Shown here: positions 9,076-19,597 of the stretch, in pieces
Position numbering within the stretch: the stretch's first letter is position 1
Layout of the letters: each line of letters opens with the position of its first letter
Origin: Solirubrobacterales bacterium
GTDB taxonomy: Bacteria; Actinomycetota; Thermoleophilia; Solirubrobacterales; 70-9
NCBI GenBank assembly: GCA_036489595.1
Contig: DASXFL010000067.1
Span: 1-61,117, forward strand
DNA: 61,117 nt
Direction of reading: 5' to 3'
Program-made: the position numbers and the translations under genes
The notes under the pieces: model-generated
Seen by the model: the letters and a program-made list of their open reading frames with translations, nothing else
Told to the model about the DNA's origin: nothing
The model's database searches: none

Positions 9076-9552
9076 TCAGCCATTTTCCCAGTTACCGATA
9101 CCACCGCCGCTACCTGGGCAACCGCCCGTCCCGGCCTTTTCGCATTCGAATTTCTCACCGCCGGTAGATTCTCTTTTTACCCAGAAATTCTGCCCAGCCT
9201 TAGCTCCCTGGATAGTAATTTTGTAGCTGCTGGCCGTAACTTCGGGTTCGCCGACGAACGTGGCGCTGCTTAGCGTAGGCTCGATCTTGATCAATTCTGC
9301 TTTGGTAGCACCGGCGTAGCTTCCGCCATTTTCGGTCGAGTAGGTCTCCATCGCGGTCTGAGCGGAATGGACGTACTCCTTGGCCTTGGCGTCGCCAGCC
9401 TTTTCCTTCTGGTTGAAGAAGGCCGGCAGAGCGATCGCGGCGAGGATGCCGAGGATCAGCATGACGACGAGAAGCTCGATCAGGGTGAAACCGGCCTCTT
9501 TGTCACCGTTGAGCCGGGCACCAACCTTAGCCCGGAGATTCTGGAGCAACAT
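9076..9552 (-). CDS. pilA: Major type IV pilin
   Basis: GGAGG lies 6 nt upstream of the ATG at 9552. 'MLLQNLRAKVGARLNGDKEAG|FTLIELLVVMLILGILAAIALPAF' gives a 21-aa leader, Phe at +1 and Glu at +5. A C-terminal Cys pair is present ('FECEKAGTGGC'). GC content is locally lower. Confidence 0.85.
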   Translation of the reverse strand: MLLQNLRAKVGARLNGDKEAGFTLIELLVVMLILGILAAIALPAFFNQKEKAGDAKAKEYVHSAQTAMETYSTENGGSYAGATKAELIKIEPTLSSATFVGEPEVTASSYKITIQGAKAGQNFWVKRESTGGEKFECEKAGTGGCPGSGGGIGNWENG

Positions 9553-9812
9553 AGGTACCTCCATGGTCCTATCGTTTGCGCCAGAGCCCGGGTAGTCGCC
9601 TGGTGGCGCCGGAGCACTGGCAGTTACTTGCCCTCTCCTCATCGGCGCTTCGAACCGTCGCTTTAGGCTCTGGAGAGCCGTTTGCGCGGGTTCTCCTAGT
9701 TTTGCTGACTGTGTCCTAAAAGTTGGGTAACCGTTAGAACAAAAGTGTCGATCTAGACTGGTTTGGACCGCAAAAGTAGAGGCTGAGACCCGAACGAACG
9801 TCTAGCCGCGGC

Positions 9813-11051
9813 TCAGCGGATGTGTTCGTAGATCGAAAACATCGGCAGGTACATCGAGACCACGATGAAGCCGACGATGCCGCCGACGAAGACGATCATG
9901 ATCGGCTCGAGCAGTGCGGTCAGCGCTTTTACCTTCGCGTCCACCTCGGCCTCGTAGAAGTCGGCGACTTTGCCGAGCATGGTGTGGAGCTGACCCGTTT
10001 CCTCGCCGACGGACACCATGTGACCTACCATCGGCGGGAAAATGGAGTTCTGCTCGATCGGACTGGCGAGGGTCCCGCCGCGTTTCACCGATGCGTAGAC
10101 GTCCTCCATCGAGCGCTCGACGACGGTGTTGCCGGCGGTCTCACCGGTCAGTTTGATCGCCTGCAGCATCGGCACCCCAGCCTCGACCGAGCCGGCGAAG
10201 GTCCGCGACCAACGGGCCAGCGACACCTTCTGTATCACGTCGCCGATCTTGAACGGGATCTTCAGCTTGAAGCGGTCCCAGAGGTCCTGTCCCGCTTCCG
10301 TCTTCTTCCACTTGAAGAAGGCGAAGATGATCAGCGCGATTGCCGGAATGAGGACGAACCAGTAGCCGGTGAGGACTTCCGAGGCGGCGACGCAGAGCTT
10401 CGTCGGCGCCGGCAGTTCGGCCTTTTCTTCGGGGTGTTCTTCGGCCAGTTCTTTGAAGATCTTGGCGAAGACAGGGATCACGAAGGCGACGATCGCGACC
10501 AGGACCACCGTCGCGAAGCCGAAGACCAGCGCCGGGTACATCAGCGCCGATTTCACCTGGCGGCGCAGCGCGTCCTGTTTCTCCACCTGGTAGGCGACCC
10601 TGTCGAGCACCTCGTCGAGCCGTCCGGACTGCTCTCCTGAGCGAACCATCGCCCGGTAGAGGCGGTCGAAGACGCGGGGGTAGCGCTCCATCGCCTTCTC
10701 CAGCGAGCTTCCCGCCTCGACGTCGGAGCGGAGGCCGGCGACGGCCTCTTTGATCTCTTCGTCCTGGGTCTGCTCTTCGAGCGTCTGCAGGGTGCGCAGC
10801 ATCGGCATCCCGGAGGCGACCAGGGTGGCGAACTGGCGGGAGAAAACGGAGAGCTCTCGTTTGTCGACGCCCTTCCAGCGCTTGAACAGGTCCTCGATCT
10901 TGAAGGGGTTCGATTTCTCGCTGACGTCGAGGACGATCAGGCCGCGCTGGCGCAGCTGCTCGCCGACGGCGGCCTTCGATTCGGCCTCGATCTCGCCCGC
11001 CGAGGTGGCCCCGGCGAGGTCCATGGCCCGGAAGTTGAAGGTGGCGGCCAT
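9813..11051 (-). CDS. pilC: Type IV pilus platform protein PilC (GspF family)
   Basis: Two GspF-type repeats ('SVFSRQFATLVASGMPMLRTLQ', 'ARWSRTFAGSVEAGVPMLQAIK') and three TM segments. Confidence 0.9.
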   Translation of the reverse strand: MAATFNFRAMDLAGATSAGEIEAESKAAVGEQLRQRGLIVLDVSEKSNPFKIEDLFKRWKGVDKRELSVFSRQFATLVASGMPMLRTLQTLEEQTQDEEIKEAVAGLRSDVEAGSSLEKAMERYPRVFDRLYRAMVRSGEQSGRLDEVLDRVAYQVEKQDALRRQVKSALMYPALVFGFATVVLVAIVAFVIPVFAKIFKELAEEHPEEKAELPAPTKLCVAASEVLTGYWFVLIPAIALIIFAFFKWKKTEAGQDLWDRFKLKIPFKIGDVIQKVSLARWSRTFAGSVEAGVPMLQAIKLTGETAGNTVVERSMEDVYASVKRGGTLASPIEQNSIFPPMVGHMVSVGEETGQLHTMLGKVADFYEAEVDAKVKALTALLEPIMIVFVGGIVGFIVVSMYLPMFSIYEHIR

Positions 11052-11054
11052 CGC

Positions 11055-12189
<1,135 letters not shown>

Positions 12190-12203
<14 letters not shown>

Positions 12204-13998
12204 GGAGCACCTCCTCGAGGCTGGTCTGGCCGGAGCGGACCTTGGCGACGCCGTCCTCGCGCAGGGTCAGCATTCCCTCTTCGCGGGCGACCGCGGCGAT
12301 GTCGGTCTCGGCCGCCCGGGCGATCGTCATTTCCTTCAGCTGGTCGCTCAGCTCCATCGCCGAGAAGATCCCGACCCGGCCTTTGTAGCCGGTCTGGTTG
12401 CAGCGCCCGCAGCCGAGCGGCTCGTAGGCCTCGACCTCGGCCCCGACCCGGACCCCGGCCTCCATCAGCGCCAGTGTCGGGATCACGGTGCGCCGCTTGC
12501 AGTGGAGACATAGCCGGCGCGCCAGGCGCTGGGCGACGACGCAGTCGACCGCCGAGGCGGTCAGAAACGGCTCGATGCCCATCTCCCCCAGTCGGGCGAT
12601 CGCCCCCGGGGCGTCGTTGGTGTGAAGGGTGGTCAGCATCATGTGTCCGGTCAGCGCCGCCTCGACGGCGATCCGCGCCGTCTCCGAGTCGCGGATCTCC
12701 CCGACCATCACGATGTCGGGGTCGGCACGGAGGATCGAGCGCAGCCCGCGGGCGAAGTCGAGGCCGGCTTTGCGGTTGACATTCATCTGGTTGATGCCGT
12801 CGATCCGGTACTCGACCGGGTCCTCGATCGTGATGATCTTCTTCGTCACCTCGTTCAGCTCGGCGAGCGCCGCATAGAGCGTCGTGCTCTTGCCGGAGCC
12901 GGTCGGGCCGGTCACCAGGATCGCCCCGTAGGCCTGCCGGAAGGAGCTCTCGAACCGCCCCCGGGCCGAGCCGTCCATCCCCAGTTCGTCGAGGGTCCGG
13001 TGGGCGTTCGATTCGTCGAGGATGCGGATCGTCGCCCCCTCGCCGCGCTGCGTCGGCAGCGTCGTCACGCGGAGGTCGATCCGCCGTTCCTCGACCGAGA
13101 CGCTGACCCGCCCGTCCTGGGGAATCCGCTTCTCGGCGATGTCGAGCTCGCTCATGATCTTCAGCCGCGAGATCACGGCGCCGATCATCCGCCGCGGCAC
13201 GTGCGCCGCTTCTTTCAGCACCCCGTCGACCCGGAAGCGGACCCGCAGCTCGCCCTCTTCGGGCTCGAGGTGGATGTCGGAGCTGCCCTCCCCCACCGCC
13301 TGGGCGAGGATGCTGTAGACGAGCTTGATCACCGGCGCGTCCTCGGCGCCCGCCTGCATCTCGGTGACCGCGCCGAGCTCGTCCTCCGCCGCCTCCGACT
13401 CGTCTTCGATGATCGCCTCGGCGGCCGCGTTCTGGACCGTGCCGAGCCTGGTCAGCAGCGCGTCGACGTCGCTCGGCCCCGCCACCGCGATCCGACAGTC
13501 GAGCCCGGTCGCGATCTGGATGTCGTCGACGGCGAGCACGTTGGCCGGATCGGCGGCGGCGACCAAGAGCGTCCGTTGGTCGAGGAAGCCGACCGGGACG
13601 GCGCGGTAGCGCCGCGCCATCGAGGCCGGGAACAGCGCCGCGGCGGCGAGGTCGACGTTGTAGACGCCGAGGTCGAGGTGGTCGAGCCCGTAGCGCTCGG
13701 CGGTCGCCCGCGAGAGCTGGTCTTCGGTGATCGCGGCCTGCTCGAGCAGCAGCGCCTCCGGCGGGCGGCCGGCGCTTCGCGCCGCCTCGGTCGCGGCGGC
13801 GACCACCTCCGGCGTCGCGTATCGCAGCTCGACCAGGACGTCGGTGATGAAGCCTCGCGACCGGCCGCGCTCCAGCATCGGCGCGGTCAGTCCGGGCGTG
13901 CCGCCGTGCTCGGCCTCGATCACCGGAGCGGCCGAGCCCCCGGAGTCGGGAACCGGCCGCAGGTGGCCCGGGTACTGGGTGCCGTCGTTGGCGCTCAT
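12190..13998 (-). CDS. pilB: Pilus extension ATPase PilB (GspE family) with N-terminal GspE_N/MshEN-like domain
   Basis: 'VTGPTGSGKSTTLYAAL', 'MVGEIRD', the tetracysteine motif 'CLHCK...CGRCNQTGY', and the N-terminal region 'LRYATPEVVAAATEAARSAG...LLLEQAAITEDQL'. Confidence 0.9.
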
Positions 13999-14008
13999 CC
14001 CCCGCCCC

Positions 14009-14641
14009 CTATTCCGGGTGGTAGGTCGCTTCGGGGCCCTTGTAGGAGGCGTCGCGCACCGCCTGCACCAGCGTCTGCGGCGTCTGGAACCCGTAGTCGA
14101 CGCTCGCCTGCGGGGTGCCGCCGCTGAGCCGCTTCGGCTTCATCACCACCAGCGCCGGAACGCGGTTGAGGTCGAGGCCGACGGTGACCGCCGCGTAGCG
14201 CGGCAGCTGCTTGACCGTGACCGGGATCAGCGCCACTTCCGGCATCACCGTGAGCACGGTCGCCGCCGCCGCGGTCAGGCGGTCGTCGATGCCGCCGTCG
14301 TGGACGACCAGCAGGACCACGGTCTTGCCCGATTCGTAGGCGGCGGTGAAGGCGTGCGGCGGGGGCGGCGCCGGCACCGAGGTCGGCATTTCGGCGCCGG
14401 CGGTGGCGCCTGCCAGGGCGCCACCTTCGATCGCCGATTCGACCGCGCCTTCGACCACTTCGCCGGCTTTCGAGGCGACTTCGCTCTGGCTCATTTCGGT
14501 GCCGCCGATCGCGACGGTTGCTTCCGAGCTTCCCGATTCGCCGCCGCCACCGGGTTTCAAGAACATGAAGGCCGCCACCGCGACCAAGACGAGCACCACC
14601 GCGACCTGGGCGATCGGGTTGTCGTTCAGCTGCTCCCTCAC
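14009..14641 (-). CDS. Uncharacterised membrane-anchored ectoprotein between pilB and the second PilT-like gene
   Basis: It overlaps the upstream stop and ends 10 nt before pilB. It has an N-terminal TM helix and a Gly/Glu/Ala linker. The C-terminal alpha/beta domain 'KTVVLLVVHDGGIDD...VKQLPRYAAVTVGLDLNRVPALVVM' is thioredoxin-fold-like but has no CxxC. All ectodomain Glu codons I read are GAA. Confidence 0.65.
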   Translation of the reverse strand: MREQLNDNPIAQVAVVLVLVAVAAFMFLKPGGGGESGSSEATVAIGGTEMSQSEVASKAGEVVEGAVESAIEGGALAGATAGAEMPTSVPAPPPPHAFTAAYESGKTVVLLVVHDGGIDDRLTAAAATVLTVMPEVALIPVTVKQLPRYAAVTVGLDLNRVPALVVMKPKRLSGGTPQASVDYGFQTPQTLVQAVRDASYKGPEATYHPE

Positions 14642-15771
14642 CGCGCCACCGCCTCGGCCCCGTTGCCGCTCGGCTCCATCTGCTCGATCCCGCTCGCCCG
14701 CTGGCCGCCGGCGGCGAGCATCAGCTTCAGGTCGTGGGCGCTTGAGGCGTACTCCATCGCCACCTCCTCGCTGATCCGCCCCGCCATCGCGTAGCCAAGC
14801 AGCGACTGGTCGAAGGTCCGCATCCCGTAGTACTCGCCTTCGGCGATGACCTCGGTGATCTTCCCCGTTTCCTCGGGGTTGAGGATCAGGTCCTGGATCC
14901 GGCCGGTGACGACCATCACCTCGGAGGCGGGCATCCGCCCCTCGCCGGTCAGGTCGGGGACGAGCCGCTGTGCGATCGCCCCCCTCAGGGTCGAGGCGAG
15001 CATCACCCGCGCCTGCTGCTGCAGGTGCGGCGGGAAGAAGTCGATGATCCGGTTGACGGTCTCGGTCGCGTCGAGGGTGTGAACGGTGGAGAGCACCAGG
15101 TGGCCCGTCTCGGCGGCCGAGAGCGCCGTCCGCACCGTCTCCTCGTCGCGCATCTCGCCGACCAGGATCACGTCGGGGTCCTGGCGCAGAACCCGCCGCA
15201 TCGCCCGGCCGAAGCTCTTCGTGTCGGCGCCGACTTCGCGCTGGTTGACGATCGAGAGCTTGTCCTGGTGCAGGTACTCGATCGGGTCCTCGAGGGTGAC
15301 GATGTGCCGCGAGCGGGTGCGGTTGATGTGGTCGATCATCGCCGCCAGCGTCGTGCTCTTGCCGGAGCCGGTGGTGCCGGTGACGAGGACGATCCCGCGC
15401 GGCTCCTCGGCCAGGCGCCGGACCACCTCGGGCAGCCCGAGCTCGTCGATCGAGCGGATTTCGTAGGGAATCGCGCGACAGACGATCGAGATCGAGCCGC
15501 GCTGCTTGAAGCAGTTGACGCGGAAGCGCGAGACGCCCGGCAGTGCGTAGGAGAAGTCGGCCTCGCCGTCCTCCTCGAACTCGGTCAGAGAGCGCTCCTC
15601 GGCCATCTCCGTGAAGGCGCGCTCGGTGTCCTCGGGGCCGAGCTGGCCGAACCCCTCGAGCGGGATCAGCTCACCGTGCATGCGAGCGATTGGCGGCGAG
15701 TCGACCTTGACGTGCAGGTCCGACCCCTCCCTCTCGACGAGGGTCTTCAGGGCTAGATCGATCTCGAACAT
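14638..15771 (-). CDS. Second PilT/PilU-family hexameric ATPase
   Basis: 'MFEIDLALKTLVEREGSDLHV', Walker A 'GTTGSGKSTT', 'LVGEMRD'. It lacks the AIRNLIRE signature ('GRIQDLILNPEETGKI'). Confidence 0.85.
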   Translation of the reverse strand: MFEIDLALKTLVEREGSDLHVKVDSPPIARMHGELIPLEGFGQLGPEDTERAFTEMAEERSLTEFEEDGEADFSYALPGVSRFRVNCFKQRGSISIVCRAIPYEIRSIDELGLPEVVRRLAEEPRGIVLVTGTTGSGKSTTLAAMIDHINRTRSRHIVTLEDPIEYLHQDKLSIVNQREVGADTKSFGRAMRRVLRQDPDVILVGEMRDEETVRTALSAAETGHLVLSTVHTLDATETVNRIIDFFPPHLQQQARVMLASTLRGAIAQRLVPDLTGEGRMPASEVMVVTGRIQDLILNPEETGKITEVIAEGEYYGMRTFDQSLLGYAMAGRISEEVAMEYASSAHDLKLMLAAGGQRASGIEQMEPSGNGAEAVAR

Positions 15772-15825
15772 CCCGGCCCCTATCGACCGGGAATCCCGCT
15801 TCTTTAGCGGGTTCGGCGCATTCCT

Positions 15826-15866
15826 CGTAAAACTGATGAGGCCCGAGCCAGATGGCCCGGGCCTCA
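15826..15866 (-). terminator. Rho-independent terminator candidate after rpoD
   Basis: On the minus strand, a 9-bp stem TGAGGCCCG/CGGGCCTCA with a 12-nt loop is followed by TCAGTTTT. It lies 37 nt after the rpoD stop. Confidence 0.5.
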
Positions 15867-15902
15867 CCGAATTCGCTACTGCGGAGCGGCCTCCGCGGGG
15901 GC

Positions 15903-17009
15903 TTACGCCACCTCGCGCAGTTTTTGGGCCTCACCGAGGGACTGCAGCTTTTTCAAGCTCTGGTTCTCGATCTGGCGGATCCGCTCGCGCGTCACGTTGA
16001 ACGTGCGGCCGACCTCGTCGAGCGTGCGGGGGTGCTCCCCGCCGAGCCCGTAGCGGAGTTCCAGCACCCGCCGCTCGCGGTAGGAGAGGTTCTCCAGCGC
16101 CTCCTTCAGCGCCTCTTTGGTCAGCAGGTCCGCGGCCCGGTCGAACGGGGACTCGGCCTTCTCGTCGGCGATGAACTGGCCGAACTCCGACTCCTCCTCG
16201 TCGCCGACCGGCTTCTCGAGCGAGACCGGGGCCTGGGCCGAGCGCTTGATCGAGTCGACCTCCTCCGGGTCGATGCCGGTTACCTCGGCGATCTCCTCCG
16301 GAGTCGGCTCACGACCGAGCTCGGTGACCAGCTTGCGCTCCGCGCGGCCGATCTTGTTCAGCTTCTCGACCACGTGGACCGGAATCCGGATCGTCCGCGC
16401 CTTGTCGGCGAGCGCGCGGGCAATCGCCTGGCGGATCCACCAGGTCGCGTAGGTGGAGAACTTGAACCCCTTGCGGTAGTCGAACTTCTCCGCCGCGCGG
16501 ACCAGTCCGAGAGTTCCCTCCTGGATCAGATCGAGGAAGGGAAGCCCCTGGTTGCGGTAATTTTTCGCGATCGAGACGACCAGCCGCAGGTTTGACTCGA
16601 CCATTTTCTGCTTCGCGTCGAGATCGCCGCGCTCGATCCGTTTGGCGAGTTCGACCTCCTCTGCGGCGGTCAGAAGGCGAACTTTGCCGATGTCCTTGAG
16701 GAACAGCTGCAGGGAGTCCGTGGTCATGTCCGGTTTCAGGTCGAGCGCCTGTTTGCTGCGCCGTCGGCCTTTTTTCCCGGTGTCCGCGGGCATCGCTTCC
16801 GCAGCCGCTTTCTGGGCCGGGTCCATGTCCTCGACGAGCTCGATTCCCGACTTCTCGAGGTGCCCGTACAGGTCCTCGACGTCGGACTCGTCCAAATCGA
16901 CCTCGGAGACCGCCGAGGCGACGTCGCCGAAGGTCAAGACCCCGAGCTGCTGCCCGCGGTTGATGAGGTTTTTGACCTCCTCTAATTCCTGAAGCTCTGC
17001 TACCAGCAT
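15903..17009 (-). CDS. rpoD: Principal (group 1) sigma-70 factor
   Basis: Regions 1.1 to 4.2 are recognisable: '[58 protein letters not shown]' and '[20 protein letters not shown]'. Confidence 0.9.
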   Translation of the reverse strand: MLVAELQELEEVKNLINRGQQLGVLTFGDVASAVSEVDLDESDVEDLYGHLEKSGIELVEDMDPAQKAAAEAMPADTGKKGRRRSKQALDLKPDMTTDSLQLFLKDIGKVRLLTAAEEVELAKRIERGDLDAKQKMVESNLRLVVSIAKNYRNQGLPFLDLIQEGTLGLVRAAEKFDYRKGFKFSTYATWWIRQAIARALADKARTIRIPVHVVEKLNKIGRAERKLVTELGREPTPEEIAEVTGIDPEEVDSIKRSAQAPVSLEKPVGDEEESEFGQFIADEKAESPFDRAADLLTKEALKEALENLSYRERRVLELRYGLGGEHPRTLDEVGRTFNVTRERIRQIENQSLKKLQSLGEAQKLREVA

Positions 17010-17094
17010 TCCTGTCTACTCGTTTCCCTAGCGCTTTGTGTTTAGTCCTGGACGTTCAGTGACTCCACGAGTGATGCACCCGTGCAAATCGACG

Positions 17095-17121
17095 AAAAAG
17101 CGGACCACAAGGACGGTCCGC
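17095..17121 (-). terminator. Intrinsic-terminator-like hairpin inside the rpoD 5' leader
   Basis: The minus strand reads GCGGACC-GTCCTTGT-GGTCCGC followed by TTTTT. It lies 86 nt upstream of the rpoD ATG and about 90 nt downstream of the predicted start site. Confidence 0.5.
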
Positions 17122-17218
17122 GAAGTTAACGCCCAACGCAATCTTGCGAAATCTCAGCTTGCCCCTACGGGCGGCGGTTCCGGGTACCTAGTTCGAGGTA
17201 CGCAAAACGCCTGTTCGT

Positions 17219-17247
17219 ATAGTAGTCGCTTCAGTTTGTAAAGTCAA
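17219..17247 (-). promoter_or_regulatory. Sigma-70-type promoter candidate directed toward rpoD
   Basis: The minus strand reads TTGACT - 17 nt - TACTAT. The same AT-rich box reads TATAGT on the plus strand, 23 nt before the yihY-like ATG. Confidence 0.45.
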
Positions 17248-18194
17248 TGCCCAGCTCACCAGCCCCAGCGCACCGTCCAAGGACCTGGCTCCGGGCATTC
17301 TGGCAACGCGCTTACCACGAGAACGTCACCGGGCTGGCGGCGATGGTCGCCTACAACCTGATGCTCGCGGTCTTCCCCTTCGCCCTGCTGATCCTCTTCG
17401 TGCTGGGGCAGGTGCTGAAGATCCACGGGGTCGAGGAAAGCGTCCTCAACGACCTCCAGCGCCTCTTCCCGAATACCGAGTCGGGGACGCTCAACGACAT
17501 CCTCGCCAAGATCCAGAGCAACTCGACCACGATCGGGATCGCCGCGTTCGCCGGCTCGCTCTGGATCGGCGCCTCGTTCTGGGGCGCGATGGACACCGCC
17601 TTCTGCCGGATCTACCACGTCGAGTGCCGCGGCTGGGTCGAGCAGAAGCGCTTCTCCTTCGCGATGCTGGTGGTTGTCGTCGCCTTCTTCGGCGCCAGCA
17701 TCTTCGCGCCGGCGATCGAGAGCGCGGTCCTCTCCAGCACCGATCGACTGCCGTTCGGGCTCTCCGACATCCAGGCGATCGACACCGCCTTCCTGCTCGC
17801 CGCCGCCTTCCTCATCACCTTCGTCATCTGCTCGATCATCTACTGGGCGGTGCCGAAGGGACACATGCCCTGGCGCGCGGTCTGGCCCGGTGCGCTTCTC
17901 GTCTCGTTCGGAGCGGGTCTCGCCAACTGGCTGTTCCCGATCTACCTCACCAACGTCTCCAGCCTCTCCCGCTTCGGCTCCAGCCTCGGCTTCATCCTCA
18001 TCGCCCTGCTTTGGTTCTACCTACTCAGCCTCGGCCTGATGGCGGGGGCGGTGATCAACTCGCTGCGGTTCGAGCTCCACGACACCGGCGAGATGCCCTA
18101 CGGGCCCGGAACGGGGCCCTGCCAGGGGCCGCCGGAGTCGGTCGGGGCCGCCGCGCGCGCCCAGGGAACGGGCGGCGACGGCGCCCGGCGATGA
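17247..18194 (+). CDS. YihY/BrkB-family membrane protein
   Basis: 'GLAAMVAYNLMLAVFPFALLILFVLG', multiple TM helices, and the typical family N-terminus. Confidence 0.8.
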   Translation: MPSSPAPAHRPRTWLRAFWQRAYHENVTGLAAMVAYNLMLAVFPFALLILFVLGQVLKIHGVEESVLNDLQRLFPNTESGTLNDILAKIQSNSTTIGIAAFAGSLWIGASFWGAMDTAFCRIYHVECRGWVEQKRFSFAMLVVVVAFFGASIFAPAIESAVLSSTDRLPFGLSDIQAIDTAFLLAAAFLITFVICSIIYWAVPKGHMPWRAVWPGALLVSFGAGLANWLFPIYLTNVSSLSRFGSSLGFILIALLWFYLLSLGLMAGAVINSLRFELHDTGEMPYGPGTGPCQGPPESVGAAARAQGTGGDGARR

Positions 18195-18260
18195 CGGATT
18201 CGCTTTCCGCCTATAAAAACTGTCATATTCCCTGGTAGCGGTCGGATAGTTCCCCCCAAC

Positions 18261-18953
18261 GTGGAGGCCGGGGCGCCGAACGGGGCGCCGCGGCGGGTGG
18301 AGTCCAACTTGGTAGAGGGAAGTCGAGGACAGTCGCGAGACGGGGGCAACCAGCGTCGGCGCATCGTCGCGGCGATGATCTGCAGCTGCGCCGAGAAGAC
18401 CTACCCGGCGACCACGATCGGTGACGTGGTCGCCGGCGCGCACATCTCCCGCACCACCTTCTACCGGGAGTTCGAGGACAAGCGCGACTGCTTCGACGCC
18501 GCGCTCGAGCAGTGCATCGAGGAGGTCTGGGCGGCGGCGATCGGCGCCTGCTCGGCGGGCGAACCGGCGCCGCGGGCGGTTCGCCGCGCGACCGCGGCCG
18601 TGCTCGGGCTGCTGGCCGCGCGACCCGAGCTCGCGCACCTGCTGGTCGGCGAGGCGGTCGCGGTCGAACCGGCGGTGGTCGAGCGCTACCGCGACCTCGT
18701 CGTGCCGGCGATTTCCCGCCTCTGGGGCGACGGTGCCGACGACAACGGCCGCCACCAGCTTGACCCCTGGCTCGCCTTCGGCCGCGCCCAGCTGCTGATC
18801 TTCGACCGCGTCACCGCCGGCGGCGCCGCCCGCCTGCCCGAGCTGCTGCCGGAGATCGTCTACCTCGCCGTCGCCCCCTTCGCCGGCCACGACGCGGCGA
18901 TCGAGGAGGCACGGGCCTGCTGGGAGCCGCTGTCGTCGGGAGCGGCTCGGTGA
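18261..18953 (+). CDS. TetR-family transcriptional regulator
   Basis: HTH region 'RRRIVAAMICSCAEKTYPATTIGDVVAGAHISRTTFYREFEDKRDCF'. The GTG start is uncertain. Confidence 0.75.
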   Translation: MEAGAPNGAPRRVESNLVEGSRGQSRDGGNQRRRIVAAMICSCAEKTYPATTIGDVVAGAHISRTTFYREFEDKRDCFDAALEQCIEEVWAAAIGACSAGEPAPRAVRRATAAVLGLLAARPELAHLLVGEAVAVEPAVVERYRDLVVPAISRLWGDGADDNGRHQLDPWLAFGRAQLLIFDRVTAGGAARLPELLPEIVYLAVAPFAGHDAAIEEARACWEPLSSGAAR

Positions 18954-19597
18954 ACGAGCCGGCGCCCGCGCGGCTGCCCCGCGGCCGCCATGGCCTCTCC
19001 CGCGAGACGGTCACCAGCTCGCAGCGCTCGCGGCTGGAGACGGCGGTGGTCGAGGTGATGGCGCAGAAGGGATACGAGGCGACCACGGTCGGCGACGTGC
19101 TGGAGCGGGCCGGGGTCGGGCGCGAGACCTTCTACGAACTGTTCAGCGACAAGCGCGACTGCATGCTCGCCGCCCACGCCCACCTCGTCGACGAGCTCGA
19201 ATGCCGGGTCCGCGAGGCTTACCTGGGCACGGCGCCGTGGCCCAACCGGGTCCGCGAGGCGGTCGCCACAGCACTCGAGTTCTTCGCCGAGCGACCGCTC
19301 GGGGCGCGCTTCATGCTGGTCGAGCTTTTCGCGGTCGGGGCGCCGGCGCGCGAGCGCTTCCAGCAGGGCTTCAACCGCTTCGTCGCCCTGCTCGAGGAGG
19401 GCCTCGACGAGGGCCGGGTCAACGGCAGCCCGGTGCGGCCGACCAGCCTCGCCGTCGGCGCGGTCGCCGCCCGCACCTACGAGGAGGTCGTGGTCGGCCG
19501 CGCCGCCGAGCTGCCGGAGCTGACCCCGCAGCTGACCTACGAGCTGCTGGTCCCGTTCCTCGGCGAAGCGGCGGCCGAGGAGGCGGCGGCGGGCTGA
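18950..19597 (+). CDS. TetR-family transcriptional regulator (tandem paralog)
   Basis: 'SRLETAVVEVMAQKGYEATTVGDVLERAGVGRETFYELFSDKRDCM'. It has a 4-nt overlap with the previous TetR gene. Confidence 0.8.
   Translation: MNEPAPARLPRGRHGLSRETVTSSQRSRLETAVVEVMAQKGYEATTVGDVLERAGVGRETFYELFSDKRDCMLAAHAHLVDELECRVREAYLGTAPWPNRVREAVATALEFFAERPLGARFMLVELFAVGAPARERFQQGFNRFVALLEEGLDEGRVNGSPVRPTSLAVGAVAARTYEEVVVGRAAELPELTPQLTYELLVPFLGEAAAEEAAAG

Noticed and set aside
9553-9642. Upstream ATG extension of the pilin ORF (MRRGQVTASAPAPPGDYPGSGANDRTMEVP...)
   Set aside because: A strong GGAGG at the correct spacing precedes the internal ATG at 9552. The extension would also put 51 residues before the prepilin cleavage site.
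9703-9716. Possible sigma-54 promoter upstream of pilA (minus strand GGACACAGTCAGCA)
   Set aside because: The GG to GC spacing is 9 nt rather than the required 10. The flanking bases do not match TGGCAC-N5-TTGC, and no sigma-54 activator gene is in the locus.
18261-19597. Tandem TetR genes as a toxin-antitoxin-like or novel regulatory pair
   Set aside because: Both products are ordinary full-length TetR regulators with typical HTH regions. Tandem duplication is common, and nothing else unusual is visible.
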